A DNA stretch of 64,000 bases from contig JAKBHL010000011.1 in NCBI GenBank assembly GCA_021836725.1, positions 18,210-82,209 of the forward strand, given 5' to 3'. The number at the start of each line of letters is the position of its first letter. Position 1 is the stretch's first letter. Both the position numbers and the translations under genes were made by a program. This document shows, piece by piece, positions 25,826 to 34,915 of the stretch. Under the pieces are notes generated by a model. That model was not told where the DNA came from and did no database searches. It saw only the letters and a program-made list of their open reading frames with translations. Origin of the DNA: a bacterium. GTDB taxonomy: Bacteria > Patescibacteriota > Minisyncoccia > Phycocordibacterales > Phycocordibacteraceae.

Positions 25826-26461
25826 CTAATTGTCGAGACGGATAGGATTCTCGAGTTCTCCCGGATTGAACGAACGATACAAGAGCTCGATGATCTCTTC
25901 GGTACCAAGCGAAACCGCTCGCACACCCGTGCCGGAGAGCCCGCTCGCGACAAGCGCAAGCCGCTGCTCCAGTTGCGCGCGATCCTCTTCGAAAGAAGTT
26001 TCGGCAACGCCGTCTTTCGCGCCCGCGCCGCTGCGCCGCAAAAAACCGACGGCACCCGTCGTAGAAACGTGCGGCGCATACGACACGACGACATAGAACG
26101 ATTTCGTCATGATATTCGCCTGATCGGCGAACGAGCGGACAAACTCGATGTACTCATGCAGCTGAATGCGCAAAAGCTCGGTTTTCTGTTCCGGCATCTT
26201 ATCGGCGAGCAGTGCGAGGTAGGGCCGCAAGTCCATTTTGCGCGAATTCACTACGATTTGAATCGAGAAATCGAGCATGTTGAGGAAATTTTGGAAACCG
26301 AGAGTGATCGCGTGCTGTTCATCTGCTGACTTCAGTCCGAAATTTATCGACGAGCAGATGAGTATGCCGCGATAGCTGCCGTCCTTGAGGACAATGACGC
26401 CGTTCCGAATTTCTTTGATCGGGACGAATTGCTGTGTTGCACCCGGGGCGGAGGTTGCCAT
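25826..26461 (-). CDS. VirB4 N-terminal-domain-like protein (VirB4 split into two ORFs)
   Basis: 211-aa ORF ending 3 nt upstream of the ATPase ORF. Its N-terminus ...FVPIKEIRNGVIVLKDGSYRGILICSSINFGLKSADEQ resembles the N-terminal domain of Gram-positive VirB4 homologs. The two ORFs total ~817 aa, the size of a full VirB4. Confidence 0.5.
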   Translation of the reverse strand: MATSAPGATQQFVPIKEIRNGVIVLKDGSYRGILICSSINFGLKSADEQHAITLGFQNFLNMLDFSIQIVVNSRKMDLRPYLALLADKMPEQKTELLRIQLHEYIEFVRSFADQANIMTKSFYVVVSYAPHVSTTGAVGFLRRSGAGAKDGVAETSFEEDRAQLEQRLALVASGLSGTGVRAVSLGTEEIIELLYRSFNPGELENPIRLDN

Positions 26462-26463
26462 AG

Positions 26464-26910
26464 CTAGGATTCTACACTGCGACGGCTGCCGTCCATAGAT
26501 TTTACATCAAGCGACCATGCGAGCTCCGAGAGTTTCCCTCGCGTGAGTTTCGGCGTGCCGCGCGGCGTGCGCGCCTGCGCATCGGCCGCCGCGGCCGCCG
26601 CGGCCGCGGCGTTTTTCTCCGCCGCTTTCGGTTCGGCGTGTTTCCAGAGAAAGAGTTTGCCGCTTGTGTAGTAATTGAATCCGGCTTCAAGCACTTCAAT
26701 GAAGGGTTTCCCGTTCATTTTATAGAAAGAGAGCGCCACCGCGAGCGCCACCACCGGCGCCGAAAAGAGAAGCGCGAGCACTATCGGCAGATAAACGAAG
26801 AGGACAATGCATATGCCGCCCGCGCCGGCGACATATATGAACTGTTTCAGGGTCAAGGGCCCGATTATCTTGTCCTCGACATCGATAAATTGCGGCACTT
26901 GATATTCCAT
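26464..26910 (-). CDS. PrgI/VirB3-like small two-TM protein
   Basis: MEYQVPQFIDVEDKIIGPLTLKQFIYVAGAGGICIVLFVYLPIVLALLFSAPVVALAVAL..., directly upstream of the VirB4 ORFs, which is the PrgI-family pattern. Start chosen at ATG 26910. Confidence 0.55.
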   Translation of the reverse strand: MEYQVPQFIDVEDKIIGPLTLKQFIYVAGAGGICIVLFVYLPIVLALLFSAPVVALAVALSFYKMNGKPFIEVLEAGFNYYTSGKLFLWKHAEPKAAEKNAAAAAAAAADAQARTPRGTPKLTRGKLSELAWSLDVKSMDGSRRSVES

Positions 26911-26999
26911 CCCGTACAGTATAGCAGTTGCCGCCGCGGCATACTGTCGAGTATAGCCGCCGCGGCATATCGCCGGGCGCACGTTCAATCCTCGCCGCG

Positions 27000-28328
27000 T
27001 CAATCCCGGGAATTCTTCCGGAGCACCTGTTCCGGCGACGCGCCCCGCGGATATTCTATGAGCGTATCGGCGCCCGACTCCCAGGATTTCCGAACCGCAT
27101 CAACGATGCGCCACGATTCGAGCACTTCCCCGCTTGAGGCGAAGAGCGTATGGTCGCCGCACAAAGCATCGAGAAGGACGCGCCCATACGCGTCCGGAAG
27201 CGCGTCGAAATGATCCGCGTAGGTAAATGCGAGCGGTACGCGCTCGATCGTGCGGTCATAGCCCGGACGTTTGGCAAAAAAACAAAGCTCGACGCCTTCG
27301 TTTGGCTGGAGCCTGAGCGTAAGCCGGTTTTGCTGCGGAGCGCCGTCGCGGCGATAGGTGACGACGATATCCGTTCTCTTTTCCGACAAGGCCTTGCCGG
27401 TGGTAAGGGTGATCGGCACGTCCTGCCAGCGCGGGTCCGAGGAAAAAAGAGTGAGCGAGACGAACGTCTCGACTAGGGAAGCCGGGTTGGCGACTTCGGT
27501 GCGGTAATCCTCATACTGTCCGCGCCCCACACTTCCGGGGTCTACCCTGAGCGTTTCGAGGAGCGCGCGGCGCGCTTCCGGGATGCGTCCGAGTTCCCTG
27601 TCCGGCGGCAGGGTCATAAGCGTAAGCGCCGCAAGCTGCAACAGATGGCTCTGCACCAGATCGCGCAGAGCGCCGGTTTGTTCGTAAAAAGCGGCGCGAC
27701 CCTCGATGCCGATCGTTTCGCTCGCGAGAATATCGATGCGTTCGATGGCATCCCGATTCCATGTCCGTTCAAAAAGCGGATTATCTTGGCGGAAGACGAC
27801 GATATTCTGAACCGTTTCCTTGGCGAGATAGTGATCAATGCGATACACCTGCTCTGCCGCAAACGAACGTTCGACATGCGCGACAAGCTCCTCGGCGCTT
27901 ACGCGGTCGATCCCGAATGGTTTTTCAAGGAGCAGCTTTGTGTTTGGCAGACGCGCGAGCCCCGAGTTTCCGAGTCGTTCGATGATAGGCCACGCGGTTG
28001 TCGGCGGGACCGCGAGATACCACAGGCATTGCGCGGCGTCATCCCACAGCTGAGCAATCGTGCGCAGATGCGCCCCCAAACGCTCATAGTCCGCGGCGTC
28101 TTCAAGCGACATCGGAAATACTTCAAGGTGCTCCCGTATATACCCGGCAGCGCGGACTCCCTCGAGAATGTTCGACGGAGTGACCGCGCGTTGCCGCGTG
28201 ATCCCAACGATGCGGAATCGTTTGGGTAAAACGCCGGCAGCGGCCATGTCGCCGATGGCAGGCAGTAATTTGCGTCTTGAAAGATCGCCCGTTACGCCGA
28301 TAATGATGAGGATAGTCGGCGTGTCCAC
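27000..28328 (-). CDS. zwf: glucose-6-phosphate 1-dehydrogenase
   Basis: ...ILIIIGVTGDLSRRKLLPAI...EKPFG...RIDHYLAKE... The start is uncertain. GTG at 28328 avoids overlapping the upstream small gene, while the track ATG is at 28424. Confidence 0.85.
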   Translation of the reverse strand: MDTPTILIIIGVTGDLSRRKLLPAIGDMAAAGVLPKRFRIVGITRQRAVTPSNILEGVRAAGYIREHLEVFPMSLEDAADYERLGAHLRTIAQLWDDAAQCLWYLAVPPTTAWPIIERLGNSGLARLPNTKLLLEKPFGIDRVSAEELVAHVERSFAAEQVYRIDHYLAKETVQNIVVFRQDNPLFERTWNRDAIERIDILASETIGIEGRAAFYEQTGALRDLVQSHLLQLAALTLMTLPPDRELGRIPEARRALLETLRVDPGSVGRGQYEDYRTEVANPASLVETFVSLTLFSSDPRWQDVPITLTTGKALSEKRTDIVVTYRRDGAPQQNRLTLRLQPNEGVELCFFAKRPGYDRTIERVPLAFTYADHFDALPDAYGRVLLDALCGDHTLFASSGEVLESWRIVDAVRKSWESGADTLIEYPRGASPEQVLRKNSRD

Positions 28329-28332
28329 AGCG

Positions 28333-28593
28333 CTACTCGCCGCTCCCGATGATGTCTTTGGATTGGATGGGACTTTCGATGCCGGGCGACCATTTTGCGT
28401 CGATAGTGCCGAATTTTTGTTCATATTCCGCTACCTGATGCGAGAGACTCTGCACAAGCCGCTTCATATGGGGCGGTGTCAGCGCATAGGCATGCGCATT
28501 CTCGCCGACGCTCATGATTACGACAAAATTCTCCTGCGAGTGCCCCGCGACGACATTCTCGCAAAACTGTTTGGGGATTTTATTGAAGTCCAT
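28333..28593 (-). CDS. small hypothetical protein (86 aa)
   Basis: MDFNKIPKQFCENVVAGHSQENFVVIMSVGENAHAYALTPPHMKRLVQ... sits between the M50 protease and zwf on the same strand. The start is at the internal ATG. Confidence 0.4.
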   Translation of the reverse strand: MDFNKIPKQFCENVVAGHSQENFVVIMSVGENAHAYALTPPHMKRLVQSLSHQVAEYEQKFGTIDAKWSPGIESPIQSKDIIGSGE

Positions 28594-28600
28594 AGCGCCA

Positions 28601-29236
28601 CTATATACCCTTGCCGACGAGGAGTCCAAAAATCCAGGAGACAAAATTAAAAAAGGGTCCGACAAAGACAAACGAGAAGATAAGAAGGAAAAGAATGAGC
28701 GAAAGCGTGCCCATCGCGCGGATCCTGTTTTCAAACCGCGCAAGACCAGAAGAGAGATGCCACGGAAGCGCCGCGCGGAGCGCCGTGAAGCCGTCTAAGG
28801 GAGGAAACGGGATAAGATTGAAAAAACCGAGAAAGAGATTGATGAACGCGATGACCGCAGCCAAGGAGAGCGCCATCGCATCAAATCCGAAATAGGCGCC
28901 GAAACGCACGACGAGCGCGAAAATAATCGCAAGAAGGATATTCGTTGCCGAACCCGCGACAGCAACGAATGCCTCTCCCCAGCGCTTATTCTTGAGGTTA
29001 TAGGGATTGTACGGCACCGGTTTCGCCCAGCCGAAAAGTATCGGCGAGCCCGTAAAAACTAGAAGCGCGGGAAGTATGATCGAACCCATGAGATCGATAT
29101 GCGGGAGCGGGTTCAGCGTAAGGCGGCCGGCGAGGCGCGCGGTCGGGTCGCCAAGCGAGTCGGCAGCATAGCCATGCGCCACCTCGTGCGCGATGATAGA
29201 AAGAATGAGGATGATGAGAGGGAGGACGACGGTCAT
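28601..29236 (-). CDS. site-2 protease family (M50) zinc metalloprotease
   Basis: HEVAHG zinc motif in TM1, polytopic protein, 211 aa. Confidence 0.8.
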   Translation of the reverse strand: MTVVLPLIILILSIIAHEVAHGYAADSLGDPTARLAGRLTLNPLPHIDLMGSIILPALLVFTGSPILFGWAKPVPYNPYNLKNKRWGEAFVAVAGSATNILLAIIFALVVRFGAYFGFDAMALSLAAVIAFINLFLGFFNLIPFPPLDGFTALRAALPWHLSSGLARFENRIRAMGTLSLILFLLIFSFVFVGPFFNFVSWIFGLLVGKGI

Positions 29237-29273
29237 ATTGCTCGTTTAGAATCCTATGCTACCATGAGCGGCC

Positions 29274-29516
29274 ATGGCACGCGTCTGCGAGATAACCGGC
29301 AAAAGCACCCAAATAGGCGGGCGGTATTCCAACCGTACCCGCGCGACGCAATTCAATCCGACCGGCAAGGTCCGTAGGAAGGCGAATCTCCAAAGACGCC
29401 GCATCTATGTGAGCGAACTCGGGAAGACGGTCATCGTTGATGTCTCAATGAAGGGCCTGAAGACCATAAAGAAGCACGGTGCGTATGCGGCGCTCAAAAA
29501 AGCGGGAGCTATTTAA
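29274..29516 (+). CDS. rpmB: 50S ribosomal protein L28
   Basis: MARVCEITGKSTQIGGRYSNRTRATQFNPTGKVRRKANLQRRRIYVSELGKTV... Confidence 0.85.
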   Translation: MARVCEITGKSTQIGGRYSNRTRATQFNPTGKVRRKANLQRRRIYVSELGKTVIVDVSMKGLKTIKKHGAYAALKKAGAI

Positions 29517-29526
29517 TTAACAAGTA

Positions 29527-29712
29527 GGGCCGCTCCCCCGCTCGGGTATGCGACAGAAAGGAGTACGCCGTCTTTTTCTGCTCAAAAAGCGGCTCGTACT
29601 CGCGTCGTCACGCTCCGTAAGCCTCTTTCTGCCGCATACCTCTCGCGGGGAGAGGGTCACTCCTAAGCTGACATCTTAGGAGACGCATACCCGAGCGGGG
29701 ATTTGAAACGGA
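29527..29712 (-). mobile_element. MITE-like palindromic repeat, copy B (opposite orientation, right end extended)
   Basis: Reverse complement of the copy A/E core (gcgacagaaaggagtacgccgtctttttctgctcaaaaagcggctcgtactc...cctctttctgccgcatacc), ending ggggatttgaaacgg. Confidence 0.65.
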
Positions 29713-29714
29713 TT

Positions 29715-30284
29715 TTAGCTCTGCGTGATTGTTTCTCCGTCCGACACATACGTACTCCTAGGCGTAGAGGAGGAAATGGAAAGTGTTGTAGCGCCGTAGG
29801 AAATAGCAAGCGTTCCAGGCGCACGAATTTCAATACGCACACCACCAAACATAAACGATGCTCCGTAAGGGACGCTGCGAGTGCCCGCTTGCACGCGCGT
29901 CGAGACGGCATACCGGCTCTCCACATCCGGTAGTCCGCCGGCAAAAAGGGTCCCGGGGTCGGTAAGGATGACGGCGTCGATGCTTCTCTGCCACATCGGT
30001 AACGTCTCTCCAAGGGCGCGCAAAATACTCGCATCCGGCCCGGTATCGATAAGAAGCGTCCGGCCATGCGGCGTGCGCACCAAAACCGGATGGTTTTTCT
30101 TTCCTGCGTCGAGTACGGATACGGTTACTACAGGTGGCGCGAATATCTCTCGGTATACGCCAATATTCCCGAGCACGAGCACAAAACACAGGAGAAGCCA
30201 AAAGCGCAGTGGCCACTGGTTCTCCTTGGAGGGAATAGAGTGTGCTTCGACTGTGTTTTCTAGAGCACTCCCGTGGTGCACCAT
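29715..30284 (-). CDS. membrane-anchored metallo-beta-lactamase-fold protein (ComEC C-terminal-domain-like)
   Basis: TM anchor, then ...VLVRTPHGRTLLIDTGPD...DAVILTDP..., resembling the beta-lactamase-like domain normally fused to ComEC. Confidence 0.55.
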   Translation of the reverse strand: MVHHGSALENTVEAHSIPSKENQWPLRFWLLLCFVLVLGNIGVYREIFAPPVVTVSVLDAGKKNHPVLVRTPHGRTLLIDTGPDASILRALGETLPMWQRSIDAVILTDPGTLFAGGLPDVESRYAVSTRVQAGTRSVPYGASFMFGGVRIEIRAPGTLAISYGATTLSISSSTPRSTYVSDGETITQS

Positions 30285-30313
30285 ACGCGAAGTATATGGT
30301 ACATTTTCTTTCT

Positions 30314-30919
30314 ATGACCTACTCAACAAAAACGTTCAACTTTCCCGCCCTTACGGGGCTTTCGGAAGAACAGATCAAGGTGCATCTCGGTCTCTACGAA
30401 GGCTATGTGAAGCATGCGAATCTCATCATGGAGAAGATACACGCGCTCAAAGAAGCGGATGCCGAAGGGAATGCATACCTTATCGCGGAACTTCGACGCC
30501 GTTTCGCGTTTGAATTCAACGGCATGCGCATGCATGAATACTACTTCTCGCAATTTGAAGGCGAGAAGGGAGGGAGTCCTTCATCAGCGCTTGCCGCGGT
30601 CGCAACAAAGAAATACGGGAGCGGAGAGAACTTCATCAAGCATATAAAAGAAGTCGCGGGAAGCCGCGGCATCGGCTGGGTCGTCGTCTATAGCGACCCG
30701 AGCGTGGAGACGCTCCACACCGTCTTCGTGAACGATCACGAGCTCGGACAGCTTGCAGGATTGCCGGTCATCCTCGCGCTTGATCTCTGGGAGCATGCGT
30801 ACATGGTGGACTACGTCCCGGCGGAAAAGAAAAATTATATCGATGCTTTTTTCGCCAATCTCAATTGGAGCGTCATCGAGAAGCGTTTTGACGACGCACT
30901 GAAAGCGAGCGCGGCATAA
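30314..30919 (+). CDS. sodA: Fe/Mn superoxide dismutase
   Basis: DLWEHAYMVDY metal-binding motif, ...NLNWSVIEKRF C-terminus. Start at MTYSTKTFNFPAL (ATG 30314). Confidence 0.9.
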   Translation: MTYSTKTFNFPALTGLSEEQIKVHLGLYEGYVKHANLIMEKIHALKEADAEGNAYLIAELRRRFAFEFNGMRMHEYYFSQFEGEKGGSPSSALAAVATKKYGSGENFIKHIKEVAGSRGIGWVVVYSDPSVETLHTVFVNDHELGQLAGLPVILALDLWEHAYMVDYVPAEKKNYIDAFFANLNWSVIEKRFDDALKASAA

Positions 30920-32334
30920 GCGACAAGTACGAGCCAGAACGGGAAGACGGGAAGCGTAAAAGCCGCCAGCGGAAGCGCCGCGGCTTTTTGCGCGACAAGC
31001 ACGAGGTATGCGTTTGCAAGATACGCGGGGAACGCAAGCGCGATGCCGGCAAATGGCGCAACGGTGCCGAGCAACATGCCGGCAAAACCGGCGAGTGCCG
31101 ACAGGCCCATCGCGAGAGGAACGACCGGCGCCACGAGGATATTTGCCGGCAGCGCGACGATCGAGAAAAGACCCATGTCATAGGCGAGAAGCGGAAGAAC
31201 GGCGAGTTGCGCGGCGAGCGTTGTCGCGACGGCATTTCTCCAAAAAGCATTTTTGAGAAATGAAAGAAGCGTTTCAATGCGAGGCGCGAGCCAGATGAGT
31301 CCGGCAGTCGCCGCCACCGAGAGATCAAAACCGGGATCAAAGACGAGATAGAGCGGATTCCAAAGGAGCATGAGGCACACGACGACGAGGAGCGCGCGAC
31401 CGGCCGCGTAGGATCGGCCGGTCGCGCGCGCATAAAGCGCTATGAATGCCATGAGCATGGCGCGAAGCGCGGTCGCCGATGCGCCGGCGATGAAGACGAA
31501 GAGAAGCACGGCAAGCACAGCCGCGAGAGCTCCCCACCGTCGCGGTAGCTTCGTAAGCGCAAGCGCCGCGAGTACCCATTCCGCCACGACCATCACGTTA
31601 TAGCCGGAGAGAACGATTATTTGTACGAGTCCGGAACGGACGAACGCATCTTGCAAATCTTTCCCAAGACCGGTCTTCCCGCCGATGACGATGCCGCCGG
31701 CAAGCGAGGAATACGGCTCAGGGAGCGTCGCGGAAAGCCCGCCGAGAAACGCATGCTTCACGCGCGCGAGCGCGGCGGGCGGCGAATACCACGGTGCGTT
31801 CGACTCGACGCGAATGAATGCGTAGTTGAGGATGAACTGCACGCCCTCGCGCGCAAGATATTTGTCGTAGCGGAAGACGCGGCCGTTCTCGCTCGTGAAA
31901 GGTTGCGGCACAAGGAGCGTGCCCGAAACTTTCACACGGTCGCCGACGGCAACCACGGGGGAACGGGGAGCGACCGCAAGCATCTTCGTCGACTGCCCGT
32001 CCGACCCAATACGGATCGTCACGCGCTGATTGGCATCGCGCACATCGGGATCGCTCACGACGACGCCCTCATAGGACACGCGGTGCCGAATCTGGTTCGC
32101 GAATGTTCCCGGCAACGGTGCGTCGGCGTAGAGCGTGCGCAACATGCCGAGCGCGCTGAAGACGCAACAGAGCGCACCAAGCGAGTAGGCATGGCGCGGC
32201 TTCAGAAATGCGGCCGCGCCCAAAAGCGTCGCAAGCAAAAGGACGAACGCGACCGGTTCCCAGCCGAACGCGAAAAGCGAACGAAGAAACACCCCGCTTG
32301 CGAGTCCACCAACTGCAAAGAGCAAAAAGATCAT
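30835..32334 (-). CDS. comEC: competence protein ComEC/Rec2 (membrane channel part)
   Basis: About 12 TM helices plus an N-terminal OB-like/DUF4131 region and the ComEC competence domain. Its 3' end overlaps the sodA 3' end by ~85 bp on the opposite strand. Confidence 0.8.
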   Translation of the reverse strand: MIFLLFAVGGLASGVFLRSLFAFGWEPVAFVLLLATLLGAAAFLKPRHAYSLGALCCVFSALGMLRTLYADAPLPGTFANQIRHRVSYEGVVVSDPDVRDANQRVTIRIGSDGQSTKMLAVAPRSPVVAVGDRVKVSGTLLVPQPFTSENGRVFRYDKYLAREGVQFILNYAFIRVESNAPWYSPPAALARVKHAFLGGLSATLPEPYSSLAGGIVIGGKTGLGKDLQDAFVRSGLVQIIVLSGYNVMVVAEWVLAALALTKLPRRWGALAAVLAVLLFVFIAGASATALRAMLMAFIALYARATGRSYAAGRALLVVVCLMLLWNPLYLVFDPGFDLSVAATAGLIWLAPRIETLLSFLKNAFWRNAVATTLAAQLAVLPLLAYDMGLFSIVALPANILVAPVVPLAMGLSALAGFAGMLLGTVAPFAGIALAFPAYLANAYLVLVAQKAAALPLAAFTLPVFPFWLVLVAYAALAFSASSKRFSMTLQLRLAKKASI

Positions 32335-32750
32335 GCGCCCCGATCCATCGCATCGTTCGCGAGGGCGTCGGCGTCTTTATTTTGCGCACGCGGAACATGG
32401 GAAAAAGAGACGTTTTTGAAAGTCGCGGCGAGCGAAGCGAGCCGCGCGTGCTGCCCCTTCAAGACCGGATGTTTCACTTTGTATTCTCCGCGCATCTGCT
32501 TTACGACAAGCTCGCTGTCCATCTTCACAGTTACGTCGATCACGTCCGCCTTCCCCGTCCCGACGAGTTTCGCGAGCGTCTCGAACGCAAGGATCACCGC
32601 TTCGTACTCCGCAAAATTATTCGTGCGCGTTCCGAGAAATTGCGAGACGCTCGCGACCGAATTGCCAAACTCGTCGCGGATCATCGCGCCGGCTCCGGCC
32701 GGCCCCGGGTTCCCTCTTGCGCCGCCGTCGGCATGAATGGTGAAATGCAT
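32331..32750 (-). CDS. rnhA: ribonuclease HI
   Basis: MHFTIHADGGARGNPGPAGAGAMIRDEFGN...NNFAEYEAVILAFE...DSELVVKQM. The N-terminal track extension is dropped. Confidence 0.85.
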   Translation of the reverse strand: MHFTIHADGGARGNPGPAGAGAMIRDEFGNSVASVSQFLGTRTNNFAEYEAVILAFETLAKLVGTGKADVIDVTVKMDSELVVKQMRGEYKVKHPVLKGQHARLASLAATFKNVSFSHVPRAQNKDADALANDAMDRGA

Positions 32751-32757
32751 ACGTCCA

Positions 32758-34479
32758 CTATAGCAAGCGGATATCGAGAAGCCGCAGGCGCACCAGGGCA
32801 CCGCGCGAGAAGGTGTCGCGCTCGAGATGCGCAAGCAGATTCGCGCGGCTCCCCGCCACAAGCGTGTCCGCCGCGCGCGCGACGGTCCCTTTTGCAAAGA
32901 AGGTGACCGCATCGATATCCCCTTTTCCTTTGACATCGATTTTTAATTTCAAATGTTCCGCTCCTTTCCCAAAACGTGAAATCTCTCTTGCAACGACTTC
33001 GCGTAACAGAAACACCGGCTTTGGATTTTGCATACCGAACGGGGCGAACGACTCTATTTTTTTCAAGAACGCGCTCGTCGCCTCTTCCGGCGCGATCTCG
33101 GCATCGGCGCGCACCGAAAAAGCGTCGTGCGTCGTGCCGTCTTCAGCCAGGCGCGCATACGCCGCGACCAACCGATCCTCAAGAAAGAAAACCGCGTCGT
33201 CGCGCACGGTGAAACCGCCCGCGGCTTTGTGGCCGCCGAATTCGACGAAGGTGTCTTCCGTCGCGCGCATGAGTTCAAGCGCGTGGATGCTGCCGCTGCG
33301 CACCGATCCTTTGATGCTCATGTTCCCTTCGCGCCCCCAGAGGAACACCGGCCGTCCGTATTCTTCCGCGATGCCGTTCGCGACAAGACCGAGAAGCGCC
33401 GGCCGCCACGCAGGGTCGCCAAGCGCGATGACGCTGCGCAACTCTCCGCGCTCTTTCAAGCGCGCGTGCACCGCGCGGGTGAGCGCGCCCGCTTGCGCTT
33501 TGCGCTCCCGATTCGCCTTTTCCAATTTCTTCGCGAGCAGGTCGGCATCGTCTTCGTTCAAAGTGGTAAAAAGGTCGAAGGCATCGCGCGCGTCACCCAT
33601 GCGGCTCGCCGCATTCACGCGCGGCGCGATCATGAAGCCGATATCGTCTTCAGTAAGCGCGCGCTGGTCGGCGCGTATCGTGCGGCATAGTTTTTGGAGG
33701 CCGATACGCGGCGACTTGCGCATCACAAGGAGCCCGTACGTCGCGAGCACCCTGTTTTCGCCGACAAGCGCCACCATGTCGGCGACGGTCGCGAGAGCGA
33801 CCATATCGAGAAGCCATTTTTCCCATCCGACCGGGACCCGCTCGCGGACATCCGGCGCGACAGCAAGCGTTGCGCATACGAGTTTCCACGCGACTCCCGC
33901 GCCGCAGAGATCGCGGAAAGGATATGTCTCATCGGCGCGCGCATTGGGGTTTACAACGGCAAACGCCTCCGGCAATGCCGCGCCCGGAAGGTGGTGATCG
34001 GTCACGATGACTTCCATGCCAAGTTCGTTCGCCCGTGCGACGGCCTCGACGTCGGTGATGCCGGAATCCACCGTAACGATGAGTTTCACGCCTTTCTCGG
34101 CAAGTTTTTCTACACCGGCGACGTTCACGCCGTAGCCTTCCGCATGGCGGTGCGGAATATAATTTTCAAAATGCGCACCCGCTTTTTTCAGGAAATCGTG
34201 CAGCAGGACGCCGCCCGGGATGCCATCGCAGTCGTAATCGCTCCAGACGGCGATGCTTTCTCCGGAGCGTATCGCGTCCGCAAACCGCCGTGCCCCCTTT
34301 TCCATATCGCGCATGAGAAGCGGATCATGCAGATGTTTTTCGTAGGAAGGGTGCAAAAACCGTTCGGCCTCTTCTTCCGTTTCGACGCCGCGGCGCGCGA
34401 GAAGCGCCGCGGTGAGATCGTCGTAGGAAGCGAGCTCCGCGCGGACGTTTTCATCGAGCGGATCATGAAGCGGGGACAT
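32758..34479 (-). CDS. recJ: single-stranded-DNA-specific exonuclease RecJ
   Basis: DHH motifs (SDYDCDGI, TVDSGITD, VIVTDHH) and DHHA1. Start at MSPLHDPLDENV. Confidence 0.9.
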   Translation of the reverse strand: MSPLHDPLDENVRAELASYDDLTAALLARRGVETEEEAERFLHPSYEKHLHDPLLMRDMEKGARRFADAIRSGESIAVWSDYDCDGIPGGVLLHDFLKKAGAHFENYIPHRHAEGYGVNVAGVEKLAEKGVKLIVTVDSGITDVEAVARANELGMEVIVTDHHLPGAALPEAFAVVNPNARADETYPFRDLCGAGVAWKLVCATLAVAPDVRERVPVGWEKWLLDMVALATVADMVALVGENRVLATYGLLVMRKSPRIGLQKLCRTIRADQRALTEDDIGFMIAPRVNAASRMGDARDAFDLFTTLNEDDADLLAKKLEKANRERKAQAGALTRAVHARLKERGELRSVIALGDPAWRPALLGLVANGIAEEYGRPVFLWGREGNMSIKGSVRSGSIHALELMRATEDTFVEFGGHKAAGGFTVRDDAVFFLEDRLVAAYARLAEDGTTHDAFSVRADAEIAPEEATSAFLKKIESFAPFGMQNPKPVFLLREVVAREISRFGKGAEHLKLKIDVKGKGDIDAVTFFAKGTVARAADTLVAGSRANLLAHLERDTFSRGALVRLRLLDIRLL

Positions 34480-34504
34480 GTGCGAACTATTGTATACTTC
34501 CCGG

Positions 34505-34915
34505 ATGGAAGACACTATTTTCATGAAAATCATCCGGCGCGAGATTCCCGCGGACATCGTCTACGAAGACGAAGATACGCTTGCCTTTCTTGACGCAAAA
34601 CCGGTCGTGCCCGGCCACACGCTGGTGATACCGAAGAAGTACGCGCAGAATATTTTCGATATAGATGACGCATCGCTTGCCGCGACGATGCGTACGGTGC
34701 GGAAGATCGCGCCCGCGGTGCGCGACGCGGTCGGCGCGCGCGGCGTGCATATCAATTCAAACCATGGCGCCGCCGCCGGACAGATCGTCTTTCACATGCA
34801 TTTCCACATCATTCCGCGCCGCGACCGGAGTGAATTTTCTTTTTGGCCCCAGAAAGAATACCCCGCGGGTAGTGCGGCGGGCATAGCCGAAAAGATCCGT
34901 CAGGCGCTCGTGTAA
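34505..34915 (+). CDS. HIT-family (histidine triad) hydrolase
   Basis: HxHxHxx motif FHMHFHIIPR and an IFCKI-like N-terminus. Confidence 0.8.
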   Translation: MEDTIFMKIIRREIPADIVYEDEDTLAFLDAKPVVPGHTLVIPKKYAQNIFDIDDASLAATMRTVRKIAPAVRDAVGARGVHINSNHGAAAGQIVFHMHFHIIPRRDRSEFSFWPQKEYPAGSAAGIAEKIRQALV

